This document shows positions 1 to 7,792 of a DNA stretch of 32,000 nucleotides, in pieces. The DNA lies in contig JAJRVL010000004.1 in the NCBI GenBank assembly GCA_024277355.1, positions 60,001-92,000 on the forward strand, in the 5' to 3' direction. Origin of the DNA: an archaeon (GTDB taxonomy: Archaea > Iainarchaeota > Iainarchaeia > Iainarchaeales > 1-14-0-10-31-34). The position numbers were made by a program, and so were the translations under genes. A model generated the notes under the pieces. It was given only the letters and a program-made list of their open reading frames with translations. It searched no databases and was not told where the DNA came from. Each line of letters starts with the position of its first letter. Position 1 is the stretch's first letter.

Positions 1-2613
1 GTCAGCGCAGTAACCGGAAGCGGAAAAACTTTATCTGCTTTTACTGCAGTATTAAATGAATTAATTAATTTATCTGAAAACAATCAGCTTGAAAACAAAG
101 TTTATGCAGTTTATATTTCTCCTTTACGTGCATTAAACAATGACATTAAAAGAAACTTATTAGAACCTTTAAATGAAATAGAAAAAAAATTTGAATTAAA
201 ACAAAAACAAGAAATAGCTGAAACAAAAAAAGAAATAAACAAATTAAAAAAAGAATTAAAAGAATTAGAAAAAAACAAAAAGCAATTAAAAAATAAAGAA
301 AAAGAATCAATTAAAAATAAAATAAAAGAAAAAGAATTAGTTTCAGGAAAAACCCTTTCCCAAAAACAAAAATTAAAACCAAAAAAATTAGATATTAGAA
401 TAGGAGTAAGAACCGGCGATACAACTCAGTCAGAAAGAGCTTTAATGGCAAGAAAAGTTCCTCATATTTTAATTACTACTCCTGAATCATTAGCTATAAT
501 GCTTAATGCACCAAAATTCAGGGAAAATTTCAGGGAAAGCCAATGGTTAATAATAGATGAAATTCATGCTTTAGCAAACAATAAAAGAGGAAGTCATTTA
601 TCAATTTCAATGGAAAGACTGCAAAAACTTTCTCCTAAAATTACAAGAATTGGTTTAAGTGCAACTATTGCTCCTATAAAAGAAATAGCAAGATTTTTAG
701 TTGGATTAGAAAAAGGAAAAACAAGAAACTGCAGAATAATTGAAGCAAAACTGGAAAAAAAATTAAATTTAAAAGTTTTGTCTCCTTTGCCTAATTTTAT
801 TGATGTAACACAAGAACAAGTTCAGGAAAAACTTTATGAATTATTAGATAAATTAATTCAAGACCATAAAACAACTTTAATTTTTACTAATACTCGAAGT
901 GCAACTGAAAGAATAGTTCATCATTTAAAAGAAAAATTTCCAAAAAATTATTCAGCTAATATTGATGCACATCATTCTTCTTTATCCAGAACTCACAGGC
1001 TTAATACAGAAGAAAGACTGAAAAAAGGAGAATTAAAAGTTGTTGTCAGTTCAACTTCATTAGAATTAGGAATTGACATTGGTTTTATTGATTTAGTTGT
1101 TTTGCTTGGAAGCCCTAAAAGTGTAGCAAGGGCATTGCAAAGGGTTGGAAGATCAGGACATAAATTACATGATGAAATCAAAGGAAGATTAATTGTAATG
1201 GATCGAGATGACTTAATTGAATGTTCTGTTTTATTAAAAAATGCAGTTGAACACAAAATTGACAGAATTCAAGTCCCAAAAAACCCTTTAGATGTACTCT
1301 CCCAACAGATTTACGGCATTGCAATAGAAGAAAGCCAGAAAGTAGAAGAAGTATACCAATTAATCATTCAGGCTTATCCTTTTAGTTCATTAAAAAGAAG
1401 CTCTTTTTATGAAATAATTGACTATTTATCAGGGAAATTTACTTCATTAGAAAACAGGCATGTTTATGCTAAAATCTGGTTTGATGAAGAAACAGGATTT
1501 ATAGGCAAAAGAGGAAAAATGGCAAGAATAATTTATATGACCAATATAGGGACTATTCCTGATGAAGCAAGAGTTACAGTTAAAATAAAAGAACACAAAA
1601 TTGGAAGTATTGATGAAGGTTTTTTAGAAAGACTAAAAAGAGGAGATGTGTTTATTTTAGGAGGGCAAAGTTATGAATTTCGTTATGCTCAAGGAATGAC
1701 AGCACAAGTAATAACAGCATATCAAAGACCGCCGACTGTTCCTTCATGGTTTAGTGAAATGCTTCCATTAAGTTTTGATTTAGCTTTAGATATAGGAAAA
1801 TTTCGTGAATTAATTGGACAAAAATTTAAATTAAAAAAACCAGAAAAAGAAATTAAAAATTTAATCAGAAAATATGTTTATGTAGAAGAAAATGCTGTTA
1901 ATGCAATCTATGAATATTTTAAAGAACAATTTTTGTTTTTAGAAATGCCTTCTCAAAAAAAATTATTAATTGAAGTTTTTTCTGAAGGAAATATGCGTCA
2001 TGCAATTTTTCATTCTTTGTATGGAAGAAGAGTTAATGATGCTTTAAGTCGTGCTTATGCTTTTGCTTTAAGCAAATTAATTCATAAAGATGTTGAATTA
2101 AGCATTACTGATAATGGTTTTGTTTTAAGCGTTAACACAAAACTTCCTTTGGATAAAATGCTTAAATCTGTTACTTCCTCTGAATTAAAGAAAATTCTTG
2201 TTTTTGCAATAGAAAAAACTGAAGTTTTAAACAGAAGATTTAGGCATTGTGCTGTTAGAAGTTTAATGATTTTGCGTTCTTATAAAGGACGAACTAAAAC
2301 TGCCGGCAGACAGCAGATGGCTTCACGTTTATTAATTTCTGCTGTAAGAAGAATTGACAATAATTTTCCTATTTTAAATGAAGCAAGAAGAGAAGTTTTA
2401 GAGGATTTAATGGACATAGAAAATGCAGAAAAAGTTTTGCAGGGAATTGAATCTGGTTTAATTGAAACTAAAATTATTTTTTCTGATATTCCTTCTCCTT
2501 TTGCTTTTAATCTTTTCTTACAGGGCAGAATGGATGTCATGAAAATGGAAGATAAAATCCAGTTCTTGAAAAGACTGCATGAACAAATTCAGGAAAGAAT
2601 TAAAAGTAAATAA
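1..2613 (+). CDS. lhr: Lhr-family SF2 ATP-dependent helicase (5' end cut by window edge)
   Basis: Frame 1 is open from nt 1; I translated nt 1-444 and found no stop, so the ATG at 445 in the ORF track is internal. Translation begins VSAVTGSGKTLSAF (Walker A, nt 13-30). It continues with YISPLRALNND (Ia), VRTGDT (Ib), LIIDEIHAL (DEIH box, nt 556-567), GLSATI (III) and QRVGRSGH (VI). The C-terminal region is Lhr-type DEAD-associated-like (RRFRHCAVRSLMILRSYKGRTKTAGRQQ). Confidence 0.9.
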   Translation, partial: VSAVTGSGKTLSAFTAVLNELINLSENNQLENKVYAVYISPLRALNNDIKRNLLEPLNEIEKKFELKQKQEIAETKKEINKLKKELKELEKNKKQLKNKEKESIKNKIKEKELVSGKTLSQKQKLKPKKLDIRIGVRTGDTTQSERALMARKVPHILITTPESLAIMLNAPKFRENFRESQWLIIDEIHALANNKRGSHLSISMERLQKLSPKITRIGLSATIAPIKEIARFLVGLEKGKTRNCRIIEAKLEKKLNLKVLSPLPNFIDVTQEQVQEKLYELLDKLIQDHKTTLIFTNTRSATERIVHHLKEKFPKNYSANIDAHHSSLSRTHRLNTEERLKKGELKVVVSSTSLELGIDIGFIDLVVLLGSPKSVARALQRVGRSGHKLHDEIKGRLIVMDRDDLIECSVLLKNAVEHKIDRIQVPKNPLDVLSQQIYGIAIEESQKVEEVYQLIIQAYPFSSLKRSSFYEIIDYLSGKFTSLENRHVYAKIWFDEETGFIGKRGKMARIIYMTNIGTIPDEARVTVKIKEHKIGSIDEGFLERLKRGDVFILGGQSYEFRYAQGMTAQVITAYQRPPTVPSWFSEMLPLSFDLALDIGKFRELIGQKFKLKKPEKEIKNLIRKYVYVEENAVNAIYEYFKEQFLFLEMPSQKKLLIEVFSEGNMRHAIFHSLYGRRVNDALSRAYAFALSKLIHKDVELSITDNGFVLSVNTKLPLDKMLKSVTSSELKKILVFAIEKTEVLNRRFRHCAVRSLMILRSYKGRTKTAGRQQMASRLLISAVRRIDNNFPILNEARREVLEDLMDIENAEKVLQGIESGLIETKIIFSDIPSPFAFNLFLQGRMDVMKMEDKIQFLKRLHEQIQERIKSK
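181..393 (+). other. Lys/Glu-rich low-complexity insert inside the Lhr helicase core (between motifs Ia and Ib)
   Basis: In-frame translation: EKKFELKQKQEIAETKKEINKLKKELKELEKNKKQLKNKEKESIKNKIKEKELVSGKTLSQKQKLKPKKLD. It is flanked by conserved YISPLRALNND...LEPLNEI and IRIGVRTGDT. Confidence 0.7.
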
Positions 2614-2634
2614 AACACTAATTTTATTGATTTT

Positions 2635-3453
2635 ATGATTAAACCTAAAAGCAGATCATATTTTTCTTTAAGAAATGCAGGAAATAAAACAAACAAAAAT
2701 AAAATAAAAGCTAATTTTTTGAATCATAATTCTCCTGAATTTCATTTAAAAAAAACATTAGAAAAAATAGAAACTAAAAAAACAGAATTTAAAAATAAAA
2801 TTTCACAGTATTCATCAAAAGAAAAATTGCGAAATTGGGGGGACACAAGAAATTACAAAATGTATGATAATTTTTTTAAGAAAATTTTAAATAAAAATAT
2901 TTTAAGTAAAATAAGGAGTATTCCCAGAAAAAAAGGAAAACAGTTAGTTGTATTAGAAGATGGCCCAGGATATAATGCTTTATTTTTGGATTCACTTAAA
3001 ACACAATTAAATAAATTAAATATTTCTTCTAAAACTATTGCTCTTTCTTTAAACCCTTCAGAAAAATTAAAAGCACAACAAGGAAAAGCAATTGATATTT
3101 TAGTTAAAGGCCCTGCAGAAAAATATTTGCCAAAAGAAAAAATAGATTTAATTGTTTCTTTATTTGGTTCAATTCATTATACTCTTCCTTTAACTCAAAA
3201 AAATCATTTATTAAAATTAGCTCATTCTTTGAATAAAGGAGGAGTAATGCTTGTTGGATTTAGTTTTAGAGAAAATTTTGATGTATTTGATCAAAAAAGA
3301 GATTTAAAGGGAATAATTAAAGCTTTAAAGAAAAGAGGATTTAAAGCAAAATTTAAAAGAAATGATTTAAAACATTATTATTCTGAAAAAGGATTTATTC
3401 ATCATAAAAATTTTCCTGAATACATGCTTTTAATAGAAAAACCTGTAAAATAA
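2635..3453 (+). CDS. hypothetical protein; possible degenerate class I methyltransferase fold with Lys/Asn-rich N-terminus
   Basis: 272-aa ORF starting 21 nt after the lhr stop, same strand. The C-terminal ~170 aa show a Rossmann-like pattern (VVLEDGPGYNALFL ~ motif I, IDLIVSLFGSIHY, LNKGGVMLVGF), but the glycine loop is degenerate. The function call is weak. Confidence 0.45.
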   Translation: MIKPKSRSYFSLRNAGNKTNKNKIKANFLNHNSPEFHLKKTLEKIETKKTEFKNKISQYSSKEKLRNWGDTRNYKMYDNFFKKILNKNILSKIRSIPRKKGKQLVVLEDGPGYNALFLDSLKTQLNKLNISSKTIALSLNPSEKLKAQQGKAIDILVKGPAEKYLPKEKIDLIVSLFGSIHYTLPLTQKNHLLKLAHSLNKGGVMLVGFSFRENFDVFDQKRDLKGIIKALKKRGFKAKFKRNDLKHYYSEKGFIHHKNFPEYMLLIEKPVK

Positions 3454-3476
3454 AATATTAATAATTAAGTGAATAA

Positions 3477-4211
3477 ATGAATAAAGAAAAAAAAATCCTT
3501 TCAAATGCAGAAATAATTGATTTAAGTTTATTTTTTCCAAAAGAAAAAATTTTAGTGATAACTGATCTGCATTTGGGTTATGAAGAAGCTTTAATTAAAC
3601 AAGGAACTTTTCTGCCTAGATTTAATTTAAAAGATTCAATTAATAAATTAAAAAAAATATTTGCTAAAACAAAAAAATTAAATAAAATAATTATTTTAGG
3701 GGACTTAAAGCATGAATTTGGTTTTATTTCAGAACAGGAATGGAGAGAAGTAATTCAAATGCTTTCTTTTTTAAGCGAAAATTCGAAAGAAATAATTTTA
3801 TTAAAAGGAAATCATGATAATATTTTAGGTCCAATTGCTAAATGGAAAAACTTAACTTTAGAAGATTTCTTTTTCCTTGAAAAACAAAAAATTCTTTTTT
3901 TGCATGGAGATAAAATCCTTTCTTTAAAAGAATTCCAGAAAGCTAAAACTTTAATTATTGGCCACGAACACCCTGCAGTTACTTTAACAGAAGAAACAAA
4001 AAAAGAAAAATTCAAATGTTTTATTAAAGGAAAATACAAAAAAAAAGATTTGATTGTTCTGCCTTCTTTTAATACTACAACTGAAGGAACTGATATTACA
4101 CAAAAAAAACTTTTAAGTCCTTTTTTAAAACAAAATTTAGGTAACTTTGAAGTCTGGATTACTGCAGACAAAACTTATTTTTTTGGGAAAATAAAGGATT
4201 TTCATTCATAA
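3477..4211 (+). CDS. binuclear metallophosphoesterase, archaeal SbcD/Mre11-related (MJ0037-like) type
   Basis: All four metallophosphoesterase motifs occur in order: ITDLHLG (DxH), GDLKHEF (GDxxH), GNHDN, GHEHP (GHxH). The 244-aa size fits this family. Confidence 0.85.
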   Translation: MNKEKKILSNAEIIDLSLFFPKEKILVITDLHLGYEEALIKQGTFLPRFNLKDSINKLKKIFAKTKKLNKIIILGDLKHEFGFISEQEWREVIQMLSFLSENSKEIILLKGNHDNILGPIAKWKNLTLEDFFFLEKQKILFLHGDKILSLKEFQKAKTLIIGHEHPAVTLTEETKKEKFKCFIKGKYKKKDLIVLPSFNTTTEGTDITQKKLLSPFLKQNLGNFEVWITADKTYFFGKIKDFHS

Positions 4212-4218
4212 GAAACTA

Positions 4219-4230
4219 TTTTAAATATTA
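4219..4230 (+). promoter_or_regulatory. TATA-like box (TTTTAAATATTA) upstream of the antitoxin/toxin pair
   Basis: Archaeal-type A/T box about 36 nt upstream of ATG 4260, followed by the SD-like AGGTGA at 4249-4254. AT-rich background limits confidence. Confidence 0.35.
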
Positions 4231-4235
4231 CTTAT

Positions 4236-4249
4236 TATAACTTGTTATA
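4236..4249. promoter_or_regulatory. 6-2-6 inverted repeat TATAAC-TT-GTTATA; candidate antitoxin operator
   Basis: Perfect inverted repeat read directly from the sequence. It lies between the TATA-like box and the SD/start of the antitoxin gene. Confidence 0.3.
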
Positions 4250-4259
4250 GGTGATTATA

Positions 4260-4505
4260 ATGGCTGATACTACGACAATCCAAGTAAGTAAAGATATTAA
4301 AAGAGAATTAAATGCATTTAAAGATTATAAGAAAGAAAGCTATGCTGAAGTCATCAAAAAACTTATTGATAAAGTAAAAGAAGATGAGGAATCTGAAATG
4401 GAATTAAGTGAAGAAACCTTGAAAGACCTTAAGGAAGCCGAAGATGATATAAGAAAAGGCAGAGTTTATTCTTCTAAACAATTAAAGAAAAGACTGGGAC
4501 TTTAA
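4260..4505 (+). CDS. type II antitoxin, RelB/RHH-like
   Basis: 81-aa acidic protein. I prefer ATG 4260 (AGGTGA at 4249-4254, 5-nt spacer) to the ORF-track GTG at 4251. The N-terminus TTTIQVSKDIKRELN plus helix resembles ribbon-helix-helix. The tail is EAEDDIRKGRVYSSKQLKKRLGL. Stop TAA 4503-4505 directly abuts the toxin ATG at 4506. Confidence 0.7.
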   Translation: MADTTTIQVSKDIKRELNAFKDYKKESYAEVIKKLIDKVKEDEESEMELSEETLKDLKEAEDDIRKGRVYSSKQLKKRLGL

Positions 4506-4763
4506 ATGCCGTTTGATATAATCTGGACTAAAAAAGCTGAAAAAAACCTTAAATTAATTGACAAAAAAGTTGCTTTAATTATATATGAAAAAATTGAAGA
4601 ACTTAAAATGCAAGAATGTATTTTTCTGGAAAAATTAAAAAATTCTAATTACTATAAATTTAGAATTGGAAAATATAGAGTTTTAATTAGAAAATTTCCT
4701 GCAGTAAAGAAACTTTTTATTATGAAAGTCGGACATAGAAAAAACATTTATAAAAAAATTTAA
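4506..4763 (+). CDS. relE: type II toxin, RelE/ParE family
   Basis: 85 aa with the family pattern: WTKKAEKNLKLIDKKVALIIYEKIEEL ... YYKFRIGKYRVLIRKF...LFIMKVGHRKNIYKK (compare YRLRVGDYRVIY...V.HRKDVY). It is coupled to the upstream antitoxin with zero spacer. Confidence 0.8.
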   Translation: MPFDIIWTKKAEKNLKLIDKKVALIIYEKIEELKMQECIFLEKLKNSNYYKFRIGKYRVLIRKFPAVKKLFIMKVGHRKNIYKKI

Positions 4764-4820
4764 TGTTTTCTAGAAAAATTTGGGTGAAGAATCCGTATTA
4801 AAATCTTGTATGAAGAAACA

Positions 4821-4830
4821 CTTAAATAAC
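4821..4830 (+). promoter_or_regulatory. TATA-like box (CTTAAATAAC) plus SD-like AGGTGG (4859-4864) upstream of pyrG
   Basis: The box lies about 44 nt upstream of ATG 4869. AGGTGG sits 4 nt before the ATG. Confidence 0.35.
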
Positions 4831-4868
4831 TTAGTTTATGTATTATTTAAGTTGAAAAAGGTGGGTTA

Positions 4869-6560
4869 ATGGGAGAAAAAGAATTAAGCGAATTAGGAAA
4901 AAAGTCAGTTGACTCAGAGTTTTTTACTTTAATTCCTGATGGATACAAAAAAGGAAAAACAAAGTATATTATTATTACTGGTTCTGTAATCAGCGGAATA
5001 GGAAAAGGAACTGTTTCAAGTTCAATTGCAAAATTAATGGATGAAAGAGGATTAGAAGTTTCTCCAATGAAAGCAGAAGCATATTTTAATGTTGATGCAG
5101 GAACATTAAATCCATTTAGACATGGAGAAGTATTTGTTTTAGATGATGGTACAGAAACAGATATGGATTTAGGTTCATATGAAAGATTTACAAATAAAAA
5201 TTTAACAAAAGAAAATTATATTACAACCGGAAAAATCTTTTTAGAAATAATTGAAAAAGAAAGAGCAGGAAAATATTTAGGACGGGATGTACAGTTAATT
5301 CCTCATGTTACTGGAGAAACAAAAAAATATTTCAGAAAATTAGCTGTTGATTCAAAAGCAGATTTAGTTTTAATTGAAATAGGAGGAACTGTAGGCGATT
5401 ATGAAAACATGTATTTGCTTGAAGCTGTAAGACAGTTAATTTATGAAGAAGGAAAAGAAAATGTTTGTTTAATTAATTTAACTTATATTTTTGAACCAAA
5501 AACTTTAGGCGAACAAAAAAGCAAGGCAGCCCAATTAGGAATAAAAAAATTAATTGAATTAGGTTTAATGCCGGACATTGTAATCTGCAGAAGTGAACAT
5601 CCTGTAAAAAATAATATAAGAGAAAAAATCAGTGTGTTTTCTAATGTTCCTTTACAAAGAGTTATTGGACTGCATGATTCAGATGAATTTTATGAAATTC
5701 CTTTAATGATGAAAGAAAAAGGATTAGATAAAGAAATATTTGAAATATTAAATATTAATGAAAAAAAATTAGCTAATCATTCAAGTTTAAAAAAATGGAC
5801 TGAATCAATGACAGTAAAAAACCCAAAGAAAACTTTAACTGTCGGAATAGCAGGAAAATACACGGGCTTAAAAGATTCATATATTAGTATAATTAAAGCT
5901 TTAGAACACTGTGAAGCAGAATTCCAGATTAAAATTAAAACTAAATGGATTGAAGCAACAGAAATTGAAACAGGAAAGAAAAAAGTAACTGAAGTAATGA
6001 AAGGAGTTGATGCATTAATTGTTCCTGGCGGTTACGGCAAAAGAGGTTCTGAAGGAAAAATTGAATGCATTAAATTTTGCAGAGAAAAAAATATTCCTTT
6101 CCTTGGAATTTGTTATGGAATGCAGATGGCTTTAATTGAATTTTCAAGAAATGTTTTAAACAAAAAAAATGCTAATACCACTGAAATTGATTCAAAAACA
6201 AGTTATCCTGTTGTCTGTTTACTGCCTGACCAAAAGAAAATTGAAGGTTTAGGCGGAAATAATCGTTTAGGCGGATTTGATGTTGAAGTCAAAAAAGGAA
6301 CTAAAGCATTTGAGTTATATGAAAAAGAAAAAATAAGAGAAAGATTTAGGCACAGATATGAATGTAATCCTGAATTTATTAAAGAATTTGAAGAAAACGG
6401 ATTAATTTTCAGTGGAAAAGCACCAAAAGTTGAAATAATGCAGATTTTAGAATTAAAAAAACATAAATTCTTTTTTGGAACCCAATTTCATCCGGAATTA
6501 ACTTCCCGTCCTTTAAATCCAAATCCTTGCTTTAAAGGATTAATTAAAGCCTGTTTGTAA
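4869..6560 (+). CDS. pyrG: CTP synthase (glutamine-hydrolysing)
   Basis: Synthetase domain: KYIIITGSVISGIGKGTVSSSIAKLM, DVQLIPHVTGE, IEIGGTVGDYE. Class I glutamine amidotransferase domain: PFLGICYGMQ (nucleophile Cys), GTQFHPE. The ~30-aa N-terminal extension is unusual. Confidence 0.95.
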   Translation: MGEKELSELGKKSVDSEFFTLIPDGYKKGKTKYIIITGSVISGIGKGTVSSSIAKLMDERGLEVSPMKAEAYFNVDAGTLNPFRHGEVFVLDDGTETDMDLGSYERFTNKNLTKENYITTGKIFLEIIEKERAGKYLGRDVQLIPHVTGETKKYFRKLAVDSKADLVLIEIGGTVGDYENMYLLEAVRQLIYEEGKENVCLINLTYIFEPKTLGEQKSKAAQLGIKKLIELGLMPDIVICRSEHPVKNNIREKISVFSNVPLQRVIGLHDSDEFYEIPLMMKEKGLDKEIFEILNINEKKLANHSSLKKWTESMTVKNPKKTLTVGIAGKYTGLKDSYISIIKALEHCEAEFQIKIKTKWIEATEIETGKKKVTEVMKGVDALIVPGGYGKRGSEGKIECIKFCREKNIPFLGICYGMQMALIEFSRNVLNKKNANTTEIDSKTSYPVVCLLPDQKKIEGLGGNNRLGGFDVEVKKGTKAFELYEKEKIRERFRHRYECNPEFIKEFEENGLIFSGKAPKVEIMQILELKKHKFFFGTQFHPELTSRPLNPNPCFKGLIKACL

Positions 6561-6561
6561 T

Positions 6562-6720
6562 TTAATCAGCAAGCATATTTGGAATTCCTTTTTCTATTCT
6601 GAATTCGTGTCTGCATTTTTTGCAGATTAACTTGTTTTTGTCTTTGAAATAATTTAATTCTGAACTGCATTTAATACAAATTAAAGAATCAAGTAAATCT
6701 TGAGATACTTCTTCAGACAT
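6562..6720 (-). CDS. Trm112-family small zinc-ribbon protein (not in the supplied ORF track)
   Basis: My translation of the reverse strand: MSEEVSQDLLDSLICIKCSSELNYFKDKNKLICKKCRHEFRIEKGIPNMLAD* (52 aa). It has CxxC...CxxC and the hallmark C-terminal GIPNML. The ATG overlaps the upstream GT4 stop by 8 nt (ATGTCTGA). GAGG lies 9 nt upstream. Confidence 0.7.
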   Translation of the reverse strand: MSEEVSQDLLDSLICIKCSSELNYFKDKNKLICKKCRHEFRIEKGIPNMLAD

Positions 6721-7792
6721 GTTTTTTTTCCTCTAAAACTTCTTTATATAAATTTTCAATTTTTTCTGCAATAACTTTAACATCAAATTCATTTAATACT
6801 TTTTGTCTTGCTTTTTTTCCTAATTGTCTGCATAAAGAATCAGAAGAAAGCAAAGAAATTAAATGTTTTTTTAATTGTTCTTTATTTCCTTTTTCAAAAA
6901 TTAATCCTTCGCCTGTTCCTATTTGATCTTTTATTCCAAATGCATCTGAAGCAATTATTCCGCATTCAGAACTCATTGCTTCTAATATTACTACCGGCAT
7001 TACTTCAAAAAAAGAAGGTAAAATAAAAATTGAAGCATTACCAAAAAAGAAGGGAAGTTCTTTATGATTAACAAAACCAAAAAATTCATGATTAATTTCA
7101 GCTTTTTCTGCCTGTTCTTCTAATTCTTTTCTTAAAGGACCTGCGCCTATTATTTGTAATTCAAATTCAAAGTCTTTTTTTATTTCTCCTAAAACTTCAA
7201 TTAATAAACTTAAATTTTTTTCTTTAGCTAATCTTCCAACAAAAAGAATTTTGTTTTTTTCTTTTTGTTTTGGAACAAAAACTTCTGAATCAACAAAATT
7301 AGGAATAAAAACTACTTTGTTTTTATCTTCAATTTTTTCCTGAATTATTTTTTGTATTTCTGAACTTAAAGCAATAATTCTGTCTGCTTTATTGTAAACC
7401 TGATTCTGAAAAAAATTAAAGACTGGTGTAAAAAAAGTTTTATGAAATCTTGCTTCAGGTAAATTATACCAGTTATGTTCTGAATAAACTAACGGTTTAT
7501 CTAAAAAAGGAAATGCAGTAAGCGGATAATGACAATGAATTATTTCTCCTTTAACTAAATTCTTTTTTTTATAACAGTTTAACATTGAAAGAAAATTATG
7601 AATTCTTCCATTTTTTGTTTTTAAGCCGATTTCAACTGAATTACTTAAACTGGATTTTGAAGCATATAATTGTATTTCATTTCCTTTTTTTTCTAATTGT
7701 TTAATTAAATCATATTCTAGTATTTCTATTCCTCCTTTTTTTGGAGGAAAAACATCAATTACTGAACCTGTGCTGATAAAAGTGATTTTCAT
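6713..7792 (-). CDS. glycosyltransferase, GT4 (GT-B) family
   Basis: C-terminal GT4 signature FFEVMPVVILEAMSSECGIIASDAFGIKDQI...GLIFE (EX7E region) and the linker ILFVGRLAKEKN. Its start overlaps the upstream GT2 stop (ATGA). Confidence 0.85.
   Translation of the reverse strand: MKITFISTGSVIDVFPPKKGGIEILEYDLIKQLEKKGNEIQLYASKSSLSNSVEIGLKTKNGRIHNFLSMLNCYKKKNLVKGEIIHCHYPLTAFPFLDKPLVYSEHNWYNLPEARFHKTFFTPVFNFFQNQVYNKADRIIALSSEIQKIIQEKIEDKNKVVFIPNFVDSEVFVPKQKEKNKILFVGRLAKEKNLSLLIEVLGEIKKDFEFELQIIGAGPLRKELEEQAEKAEINHEFFGFVNHKELPFFFGNASIFILPSFFEVMPVVILEAMSSECGIIASDAFGIKDQIGTGEGLIFEKGNKEQLKKHLISLLSSDSLCRQLGKKARQKVLNEFDVKVIAEKIENLYKEVLEEKKHV

Noticed and set aside
181-393. A-rich region at the 5' end as a nucleotide tandem repeat, CRISPR-like array or non-coding spacer
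   Set aside because: It has no fixed-period nucleotide repeat. The region is in frame and stop-free between conserved helicase motifs, so it is coding low-complexity sequence.
993-1256. 87-aa antisense ORF inside the Lhr gene, and likewise 2280..2540 (-)
   Set aside because: It lies entirely within, and antisense to, a gene with strong conserved motifs. The translation is low-complexity Ser/Leu/Phe-rich, as expected from the reverse complement of Lys/Glu-rich coding sequence. No start context.
3812-4171. 119-aa antisense ORF inside the metallophosphoesterase gene
   Set aside because: Shadow ORF opposite a motif-supported gene. Its composition (F/K/S-rich) mirrors the sense strand.
4251-4253. 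GTG start for the antitoxin (the MIIMADTT... form)
   Set aside because: This GTG lies inside the SD-like AGGTGA. ATG 4260 has proper 5-nt spacing from that SD, so it is the more likely start.
4766-4777. Perfect 12-nt palindrome TTTTCTAGAAAA just after the relE stop, considered as a terminator hairpin or operator
   Set aside because: It has no loop, and its A/T-only arms around CTAG would form a very weak hairpin. It lies downstream rather than upstream of the TA promoter, and such a palindrome is easily produced by chance at this base composition.
6808-7026. 72-aa + strand ORF inside the GT4 gene. The same class includes 8183..8476, 9024..9215, 10929..11222, 11581..11817, 13153..13422, 13404..13742, 14382..14756, 15464..15865, 17741..17998, 21072..21314, 22723..22947, 23899..24099, 24077..24262, 26661..27005 and 27071..27274
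   Set aside because: All lie antisense within longer ORFs that carry recognisable family motifs or consistent TM topology. In AT-rich DNA, long antisense ORFs arise easily because the stop-codon complements (TTA, CTA, TCA) are used unevenly. None has independent support.
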